The notes under the pieces: model-generated
Seen by the model: only the letters and a program-made list of their open reading frames with translations
Told to the model about the DNA's origin: nothing
Database searches by the model: none
From: an uncultured Clostridia bacterium
GTDB taxonomy: Bacteria; Bacillota; Clostridia; Christensenellales; UBA1242
Direction: 5' to 3'
NCBI GenBank assembly: GCA_904397185.1
Contig: CAJFOL010000085.1
Location: 1-35,758, forward strand
Length of the DNA: 35,758 nucleotides
Made by a program: the position numbers and the translations under genes
Shown here: positions 9,505 to 16,159 of the stretch, in pieces
Layout: the number at the start of each line of letters is the position of its first letter
Numbering within the stretch: the stretch's first letter is position 1

Positions 9505-10401
9505 ATGGGATTATTTAAAAAGATAGGAAATGCTTTAAAAAAGACAAGAGAGGCAATAGCAAGACGCATTGATTCTCTCCTTAGTCATGGCGAACTCGAT
9601 GATGATTTTTATGACGAACTTACAGACATTTTAATTTCATGCGATATTGGGGTTAGAACGAGCATGGAGATAGTAGATTCGCTTCGAGAAAGGGCAAGAA
9701 AGAATAAACTTAGAACTGCCGAAGATGTCCGAAATGAACTTAAAAATATTCTTAAAGAGGAATTTGCTAGTGTAGACGACATTGAAATAGAATATCCTGC
9801 AATCATTACCATTATTGGTGTAAATGGTGTGGGTAAGACCACAACCCTTGGCAAGTTATCTAAATATTTTAAAAATCTTAAAAAAGATGTGACCTTGGTC
9901 GCAGGCGACACATTTAGGGCAGCCGCATCTAATCAGTTGAATGAATGGGCGGAGCGAACAAAAACCCGTATCATAAAACACGCCGAAGGGGCGGATGCTG
10001 CTGCAGTTGTGTTTGATGGAATATCAAGTGCAAAGGCTAAAAAGACAGATGTACTTTTAATTGACACGGCAGGTAGACTTCACACAAAGACCAACCTTAT
10101 GGAAGAACTTAAAAAGATTGACAAAGTTATAAACCGCGAATATCCAGAGGCACATAAATATAACTTCATAGTCCTAGATGCAACAACTGGACAAAATGCA
10201 TTAAATCAAATCAGTGCTTTTAATGATTTTGTCAAGATTGATGGAATAATTTTGACAAAACTTGATGGCACTGCCAAAGGTGGGGTAGTTATAGCGATAG
10301 AGAAAGACTATCATCTGCCTGTTGTGTTTATAGGTGTTGGCGAAGGTGTAGATGACCTTGAAAAATTTGACTATAACGAATTTATAGACAACCTATTCTA
10401 A
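9505..10401 (+). CDS. ftsY: Signal recognition particle receptor FtsY
   Basis: NG domain motifs GVNGVGKTTTLGKL, DTAGR and TKLDG. AGGAGG lies 6 nt upstream of the ATG at 9505, which is 2 nt after the smc stop. The track start at 9487 lies inside smc. Confidence 0.92.
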   Translation: MGLFKKIGNALKKTREAIARRIDSLLSHGELDDDFYDELTDILISCDIGVRTSMEIVDSLRERARKNKLRTAEDVRNELKNILKEEFASVDDIEIEYPAIITIIGVNGVGKTTTLGKLSKYFKNLKKDVTLVAGDTFRAAASNQLNEWAERTKTRIIKHAEGADAAAVVFDGISSAKAKKTDVLLIDTAGRLHTKTNLMEELKKIDKVINREYPEAHKYNFIVLDATTGQNALNQISAFNDFVKIDGIILTKLDGTAKGGVVIAIEKDYHLPVVFIGVGEGVDDLEKFDYNEFIDNLF

Positions 10402-10438
10402 AAGTCTAATGAAAATTATTTATAAAAAGGAGATAAAA

Positions 10439-10708
10439 ATGGACGAAGATTTAGAAGAAATTAATTATAAGTTTGATACACAACTTTTGCTTGAAGGTAA
10501 AGATTTGTCTGATGAAAAGGTAAAAGATTATATTACAAAAAATATTGAAGGCGATTGCCTTTTAGTCGTCGGTGATGACGAACTTTTGAAACTTCATTTT
10601 CATACTAACACACCATGGAAGGTGCTTGAATATTGTGCTTCACTAGGTGAAATTTATGATATTGTAGTAGAAAATATGCCACGTCAAGCCCAAGGACTTA
10701 AAGGGTAA
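10439..10708 (+). CDS. Stand-alone small protein resembling the middle domain of DAK2-fusion protein YloV/FakA
   Basis: 89 aa from the ATG at 10439, with AAGGAG 7 nt upstream. GDCLLVVGDDELLKLHFHTNTPWKVLEYCASLGEIYDIVVENMPRQ matches the remembered FakA/YloV segment GDSLLVV.D...KVHVHT..PG.VL.Y....G.L..I.I.NMR.Q. Confidence 0.55.
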   Translation: MDEDLEEINYKFDTQLLLEGKDLSDEKVKDYITKNIEGDCLLVVGDDELLKLHFHTNTPWKVLEYCASLGEIYDIVVENMPRQAQGLKG

Positions 10709-10733
10709 AGTTACAAAATAATAGTGCATTTTT

Positions 10734-10759
10734 GGCAAGATAAAACTTGCCTATTTTTT
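10734..10759 (+). terminator. Intrinsic terminator after the FakA-like mini-ORF
   Basis: GGCAAG/CTTGCC stem with a 6-nt loop, followed by TATTTTTT. Confidence 0.55.
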
Positions 10760-10848
10760 CATTGACAAAAAATAAAATTTTACTATTAAATTTAATAATT
10801 TAATCCTTTTTTAATATTAATGTTTTTAAAATTTATTTTAATTTCTTG

Positions 10849-10880
10849 GACTGCTAAACAAAACTTTAGCAGTCTTTTTA
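10849..10880 (+). terminator. Intrinsic terminator with no obvious upstream gene
   Basis: GACTGCTAAA/TTTAGCAGTC 10-bp stem with a 6-nt loop, followed by TTTTTA. Confidence 0.6.
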
Positions 10881-10965
10881 TGTGTTTTTTTCTTAGACAA
10901 GCAAATTTCGACAACTTTCAACATATACAAATATTATTGTGAGAGGTTCTTCACAGTAAAGGGCG

Positions 10966-11709
10966 GTGGATATGATTTATGAAAGTTTTGCGAAGTTTGT
11001 CAGCAAGATATGTTGCTTCACATCTTTTGTGAGCAGTATACAAGGTTTTCCAAAACCGCTTACTAAAGAAGAGGAACTTGAATATATAGAGAAGTTAAAA
11101 CAAGGCGACAAAGATGCGAGAGAGGTTTTAATAAATCATAACCTTAGACTTGTCGCACATATTGTCAAAAAATATAGCAATTCCCTTGAAGCCGATGACC
11201 TAATCTCTGTGGGGACAATAGGTCTTATAAAGGCTGTAGACAGTTTTAACGGCGAAAAGGGAGTCCTTCTTTCGACATATGCATCAAGGTGTATAGAGAA
11301 TGAGATTTTAATGCTTATTCGTGCTAATAAAAAACATAAAGACACAATTTCGCTTAATTCTATGCTTTCACCAAAGCCTGATAGCGATGAAATGGAACTT
11401 GCAAATTTAATACCAGCACAGACCGAAGAGGATGTTTTTCATCAAGTGGAGACGGGTTGCCTTATGCAAGATGTTGAAAAGGCGATGGAAAAATACCTGT
11501 CTCCTATGGAACAGGAAATTATAAAATACCGCTATGGAATTTGTGGATATGAAGTCAAGACACAAAAGGAAGTTGCTGACATTTTTAATATCTCACGGTC
11601 ATATATTTCAAGGATAGAATCAAAGGTTATACGAATTTTGCAAAAAAATTTGGTAAAAAATGTCGATAATACCAAGGAAAATCAAAAAAAATCTGAAAAA
11701 ATATTGTAA
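10966..11709 (+). CDS. sigK: Sporulation sigma factor, pro-sigma-K type (SigE not fully excluded)
   Basis: FTSFVSSIQGFPKPLTKEEELEYIEKLKQGDKDAREVLINHNLRLVAHIVKKY closely follows B. subtilis pro-SigK (FLVSYVKNNAFPQPLS...NLRLVAHIVKKF). YASRCIENEILM and the region 4 segment SRSYISRIE are present. A pro-peptide-like hydrophobic N-terminus is present. The start is GTG 10966 or ATG 10972. The gene is uninterrupted. Confidence 0.75.
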   Translation: MDMIYESFAKFVSKICCFTSFVSSIQGFPKPLTKEEELEYIEKLKQGDKDAREVLINHNLRLVAHIVKKYSNSLEADDLISVGTIGLIKAVDSFNGEKGVLLSTYASRCIENEILMLIRANKKHKDTISLNSMLSPKPDSDEMELANLIPAQTEEDVFHQVETGCLMQDVEKAMEKYLSPMEQEIIKYRYGICGYEVKTQKEVADIFNISRSYISRIESKVIRILQKNLVKNVDNTKENQKKSEKIL

Positions 11710-11715
11710 AATATC

Positions 11716-11743
11716 TTGTCAATTTCAAAAAATATTATATACT
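11716..11743 (+). promoter_or_regulatory. Sigma-A-like promoter upstream of the DAC-like ORF
   Basis: TTGTCA, 16-nt spacer, TATACT. The region is AT-rich, so specificity is limited. Confidence 0.35.
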
Positions 11744-11853
11744 ATTTATAATAGATTTAATTTTTTATTGAAAATTACTATTTATTGCTTAATTTTATAC
11801 TTAAAATTTTATTTATTAAAATTTTTTAAAGTTATATTTAAAAAGGAGCAGAA

Positions 11854-13221
11854 ATGGAAAAGACAGAATTTTACAAAGTTGTCAACAAATTGATTTTACC
11901 ATTATTTACTGGCTCTTTTATTGACGGAGAGGAGGAATCTTCAACTCGTGATAGCGAAGTGGCATTTGGGAAAAGAAATTCTCTTTTGATTAAGCCTTCA
12001 AAACTTGATGAGTATAGACTGATTTTAAAAAGAGGACAACCATTTCAAAACTTCGAAGTAAACTTGCTTAGGTCAATTTTAAATGAAATTGATAAGATTT
12101 CAGCCCTTGGGCTTGATGATGAGAGTTATGTTTCAGTATTGCAAAACAATGCAATAGAAAAATCAATATGTGCCTCTATCAGTGATAGTGAAACGGCTAT
12201 TATCATGTTTGGTATTATAACTGAACTTGAAAAATGGGCGGCTCGTACTTATGAAGGGAAAAAGATAGCGATAGGCATCATAATAAACACAAGTATTGAT
12301 ACGTCAGAACAGCCAGAAACAATATCATATAGTGATATTATGGCTAAGGACTTTTTTGCCTTACTTTCGGACGGCATTGATTCTTATATAGAATTTGACA
12401 AGAAGGGAAATCTTGCAGGATATGTCCAGATGGAAAGGGTGAAAAAAGTGCCAAACATTGCACCATATGAGTTTGAAAAGGTGGCAAGATATTGCAATGA
12501 AAAACGTATTGGTATAGTACTTACACAAAATGGCGACTTTTTGATATTTAAAAACAGAGAACTTTTATTTTCAAAGCGAATGGGAACTTGGAATATTTAT
12601 TCGCATGAGGAAGTTATACAACTTTTGTCTAATAGAGGCAATTATTCATTAAAAGATATAAGAAGGTCGGTATATTATACCGCTCTTGACACTTCTTTTG
12701 CATATAGTGGGGGCTGTATTATATATCTTAATAAAGACACAGTTGAGGGTGCTTTAACACATATCAATGCTCACGATATTTTAGATGAAAAATACTTCGA
12801 AATTAAGAAAAAACAAGAACTCGAAGATGCTGGAAAACTTTACAATCTTCAAACTCTTGCGACTGTTGAGGCAATTTATAATGTTCCATATCAAATATTT
12901 TTAGAGCAACAACATTGTGTAAAGGCAGAATGTCTACGTAAAATAATTTCAGGCAAACCATTTCATGAACTTAGTAGGAAACTGCGACAGGAACTTGTTA
13001 GTATGGATGGGGCGACAGTGATTGATAGTGAAGGCACAATTATTGCAGTAGGAGCCATCTTGAAAATAGAGGCGGGGAGCGATGGTGGTGGACGACTTGC
13101 GGCAGCGACAACACTATCAAAATATGGCATAGCAATCAAGATATCACAGGATGGTATTCTTAAGGCATTCTATCAAGATAAGAAAAACGGAAAAGTGAAA
13201 ACACTTTTTACCGTAGGATGA
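11854..13221 (+). CDS. Uncharacterised protein with tandem diadenylate-cyclase (DisA_N/DAC)-like halves; DGA motif kept, RHR motif lost
   Basis: AAGGAG RBS. The C-terminal ELVSMDGATVIDSEGTIIAVGA...GGGRLAAATTLSKYGIAIKISQDGILKAF aligns ungapped with the remembered DisA segment ELAKMDGAIVL...GTRHRTAERVAKQTGKLVISVSQ...ITLY. An earlier segment (GKKIAIGIIIN...LSDGIDSYIEFDKKGNLAGYVQM...VARYCNEKRIGIVLTQNGDFLIF) repeats the same pattern. Confidence 0.5.
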   Translation: MEKTEFYKVVNKLILPLFTGSFIDGEEESSTRDSEVAFGKRNSLLIKPSKLDEYRLILKRGQPFQNFEVNLLRSILNEIDKISALGLDDESYVSVLQNNAIEKSICASISDSETAIIMFGIITELEKWAARTYEGKKIAIGIIINTSIDTSEQPETISYSDIMAKDFFALLSDGIDSYIEFDKKGNLAGYVQMERVKKVPNIAPYEFEKVARYCNEKRIGIVLTQNGDFLIFKNRELLFSKRMGTWNIYSHEEVIQLLSNRGNYSLKDIRRSVYYTALDTSFAYSGGCIIYLNKDTVEGALTHINAHDILDEKYFEIKKKQELEDAGKLYNLQTLATVEAIYNVPYQIFLEQQHCVKAECLRKIISGKPFHELSRKLRQELVSMDGATVIDSEGTIIAVGAILKIEAGSDGGGRLAAATTLSKYGIAIKISQDGILKAFYQDKKNGKVKTLFTVG

Positions 13222-13249
13222 TTGACTTTTATGATAAATATGCTATAAT
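13222..13249 (+). promoter_or_regulatory. Promoter of RNase P RNA
   Basis: TTGACT (directly abutting the upstream TGA stop), 16-nt spacer, TATAAT, with a TGc extended -10. Confidence 0.6.
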
Positions 13250-13253
13250 AGTG

Positions 13254-13578
13254 TTGTTATGCAGACAATCGCGTCAATTTTGATGAGGAAAGTCCGAGCA
13301 TCAAGAGAACTGGGTGCCGATTAACGGTCGGCGGAGGCGACTCTAGGACTAGTGCAACAGAAATAAACCGCCAAAATTTGGTAAGGATGGAAAGGTGGTG
13401 TAAGAGACCACCGCTTAACTAGGGATAGTTAAGGCTCTGTAAACTCCACTCGATGCAAGGTCAAAAGGGCATATGTGCTTGTTCTCTCACGCCCTGAATG
13501 AACCGCTTGAACTTACTGGCAACAATAAGTCTAGATAGATGATTGTCTAATACAGAACTCGGCTTACAGCATAACTGA
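13254..13578 (+). ncRNA. rnpB: RNase P RNA (M1 RNA), type-A-like, compact (~320 nt)
   Basis: Universal P4 strands GAGGAAAGTCCGAGC (13285-13299) and ACAGAACTCGGCTTA. P1 is GTTATGC/GCATAAC and P2 is GACAATC/GATTGTC. GGTAAGGATGGAAAGGTGGTGTAAGAGACCACCG and GTAAACTCCAC...GCAAGGTCAAAAGGG parallel E. coli M1 RNA. The ends are approximate. Confidence 0.92.
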
Positions 13579-13606
13579 CCAGTCTTTTAGGGCTGGTTAT
13601 TTTTTT
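13576..13606 (+). terminator. Intrinsic terminator after rnpB
   Basis: TGACCAG/CTGGTTA stem with one G:U pair, extendable inward, followed by TTTTTTT (13600-13606). Confidence 0.65.
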
Positions 13607-14870
13607 GTCTAAAATCAATTTTTTTGTCAATAATTACAGTATGACAAGGAAAGAATATCTCTTAAAAATAGAAAATTTAATAGTAAATAAACTAAAATAC
13701 CATGCTCCCATTTTAAATAGTGATGACATTGATTATTCATTAATTGATGCAGTGGGAATTGACACGGCATTGCCTATATTTATCTATCGTAAACCGCTTG
13801 ATAAACTGTTTTTTGCCGCCTTTTATTCTGTCAAAAAGAAGTGCGATTTTAATCTTATTTTGACTGCGAAGCCTCTTGTGAAAGATAGAAGAATAAAGTT
13901 ATTAAAAAATACCTATGTGCTTTTAGAAGACAGTATAGGGAGCGAATTGAGTCATGCCATTGATGCTTTAAATATAAATTACTTAGCACATAGTGACTAT
14001 GAAAATATAACTCATGAGGAATATTTAAAATTTAATGATAAGGTCTTAGAGTTTGAATATATACCTTATTATTTTACTAAAAAAGTCATGGATAAGGGAG
14101 TGATATTTCAAGCCACAAATTTTATTTTAAATGGTAAAAATTATATATTAAATATTACCAATACCTTAAAGAATATGACTAAAATGTCCTTTGAAATTAA
14201 CATTCCTTTGCCTCGAGGGTATTACTTTTTTAAACAGGGTAAAGACTTTGTTGAAATTGAAAACTTAACCTCAAAAGAAAAGGCATACTTTAATTATCAT
14301 TTTAAGGATGCCAGTATTACTTTTTCAAATATGAATGGAATCGAAAGTTGCACATATGCTTGTGTAAATTTAAAGTGTGGAATAAACTTACTACCAAAAC
14401 AAAATAAGAAGTTATACTTTAATTTTGGAGAGAATAAATATTGTATTTATTCGCCAAATGATATGCAATATTTTTTCAATCTTTCACAACAAAAATTGAA
14501 TGAAATTTTTGATTTAAAAGTCACAACTTCCGACAAGCAAAAAGACCAACTTTTCAACTTCTATTTACCGCGAAATATCTACTCAAAATGGCAAAATTTT
14601 GATGTTGACGAAAAAAGTGAAAATGATTATATAAAAATGCGAAATTTATATGTCAAAAAAAGTGAAAAAGGGGAGCAAATAAATCAGGATATCAAGGGAC
14701 TAAAAGAGGTCAAATTCTACCGTAATTCCAAGTGGAAACGCGTTTTTATATTACACAATTCATCATGCTATATGTTTGCTGATAAAGTTAAATATTTTAA
14801 CTACACTTTGCTCACAAATGAAATTTTTAATAAAAATAATGAAATTTACTTGTCTTTTGCCTCTTACTAG
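13605..14870 (+). CDS. Hypothetical protein (Asn/Lys/Tyr/Phe-rich, no recognised motif)
   Basis: A 421-codon open frame in very AT-rich DNA, where stop codons should be frequent, so it is likely real. The start is uncertain: the TTG at 13605 sits in the rnpB terminator T-tract, the alternative ATG is at 13641, and neither has a clear RBS. Confidence 0.6.
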   Translation: MSKINFFVNNYSMTRKEYLLKIENLIVNKLKYHAPILNSDDIDYSLIDAVGIDTALPIFIYRKPLDKLFFAAFYSVKKKCDFNLILTAKPLVKDRRIKLLKNTYVLLEDSIGSELSHAIDALNINYLAHSDYENITHEEYLKFNDKVLEFEYIPYYFTKKVMDKGVIFQATNFILNGKNYILNITNTLKNMTKMSFEINIPLPRGYYFFKQGKDFVEIENLTSKEKAYFNYHFKDASITFSNMNGIESCTYACVNLKCGINLLPKQNKKLYFNFGENKYCIYSPNDMQYFFNLSQQKLNEIFDLKVTTSDKQKDQLFNFYLPRNIYSKWQNFDVDEKSENDYIKMRNLYVKKSEKGEQINQDIKGLKEVKFYRNSKWKRVFILHNSSCYMFADKVKYFNYTLLTNEIFNKNNEIYLSFASY

Positions 14871-14887
14871 TGTAAAATAACTGTGTC

Positions 14888-16159
14888 ATGGAAAATTTGA
14901 ATAGAGTCCCACTTGCTGAAAAAATGCGACCGAAGTCATTTGAAGATTTTGTGGGACAAGAACATATTGTTGGCAAGAATACACTTCTTTATCGGGCTAT
15001 AAAATATGGCACACTCGGAAGTTGTATCTTTTATGGACCGCCAGGAACAGGCAAAACTACTCTTGCAAATATAATTGCAAACACCTTGCATGCAAGATAT
15101 GTTAAGTTGAATGCTGTGACAAGTGGTGTAAGCGATGCCAAAGCGATTATTGAAAGGGCAAGACAAGATAAATTAATGTTTGGCGCTGATACTTTCCTCA
15201 TTTTAGATGAATGTCATAGGTGGAATAAGGCACAGTCAGATTGTGTGCTTGAGGCTATAGAGAACGGCTCAATTTATTTTATAGGAACAACGACCGAAAA
15301 TCCATATACTTCTATGACAAGAGCAATAGTGTCAAGGTGTAGAGTGTTTGAGTTTAAACCTATCACTTCAGACGATATAAAAAAGGCATTGCACCGAGCA
15401 TTAAGCGACAAAGAAAACGGGCTTGGCAATTTGCCTGTAGAATGTGATGACGATGCACTTAATTATTTCTCTTTTGCATCTGGCGGTGACCTTCGAAGTG
15501 CATTAAATGCACTTGAACTTGCCGTTATGACAACACCGCTTGAAAAGGATAAGGCGATACATATAACTTTAGATATTGCAAGACAGTCTATAGACAGAAA
15601 GGCTTTGTCTATGGACGAGAATATGTATTATGATTTTCTTTCTGCTTTTTGTAAAAGTTTAAGAGGGTGTGACGTAGAGGGAGCCTTGTACTATTCTCAA
15701 AGACTTATCAAAGCGGGATGTGACCCGATGGTGATTGCAAGACGACTTGTCGCACATTCATCCGAAGATGTAGGTATGGCAGATTCAAATGCATTGCTTC
15801 TTGCAACAAGTGCCATGTATGCCGTTGAAAAGATGGGTGTTCCTGAGGGGCTTATCCCATTGACACATGCAATAATTTATGTTTGTGAAGCGGAGAAATC
15901 AAATTCTGTGGTGAAGGCATTACATATGGCAGAAGAGGATGCAATAAAGTGTACAGATAACAAGGTGCCAAATCATCTTAAAAATCATCCTAGCACAAAC
16001 AAGGATGGTCATGGAAGTTATAAATATCCACATGATTATGGTGGCTATGTGAAACAGCAATATATGCCAGATTCGCTCAAGGATAGAATTTATTACGTCC
16101 CAGGAAAGAATGGTAAAGAGAAAAATTTAATAAGAAAAAAATTTAAAGGAGACAACTGA
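14888..16159 (+). CDS. rarA: Replication-associated recombination protein A (MgsA/RarA AAA+ ATPase)
   Basis: Walker A GPPGTGKTT, Walker B LILDECHRWNK, and the MgsA C-terminal domain (YYDFLSAFCKSLRG, RRLVAHSSEDVG). Confidence 0.92.
   Translation: MENLNRVPLAEKMRPKSFEDFVGQEHIVGKNTLLYRAIKYGTLGSCIFYGPPGTGKTTLANIIANTLHARYVKLNAVTSGVSDAKAIIERARQDKLMFGADTFLILDECHRWNKAQSDCVLEAIENGSIYFIGTTTENPYTSMTRAIVSRCRVFEFKPITSDDIKKALHRALSDKENGLGNLPVECDDDALNYFSFASGGDLRSALNALELAVMTTPLEKDKAIHITLDIARQSIDRKALSMDENMYYDFLSAFCKSLRGCDVEGALYYSQRLIKAGCDPMVIARRLVAHSSEDVGMADSNALLLATSAMYAVEKMGVPEGLIPLTHAIIYVCEAEKSNSVVKALHMAEEDAIKCTDNKVPNHLKNHPSTNKDGHGSYKYPHDYGGYVKQQYMPDSLKDRIYYVPGKNGKEKNLIRKKFKGDN

Noticed and set aside
10820-10942. 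Small ATG-initiated frame running through the orphan terminator toward sigK
   Set aside because: It has no RBS, crosses a strong terminator hairpin and encodes a low-complexity hydrophobic product.
11660-11893. 77-aa ORF spanning the sigK end, the intergenic region and the DAC-like start
   Set aside because: It crosses an AT-rich promoter region and overlaps two better-supported genes. It has no RBS.
11854-14870. Reading the DAC-like ORF plus the 421-aa orphan as a cyclic-nucleotide defence (CBASS-like) operon
   Set aside because: The two ORFs are separated by an independently transcribed and terminated rnpB gene. No recognisable effector domain is present, and the flanking genes are housekeeping. 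The idea is kept only as a weak alternative within the first finding.
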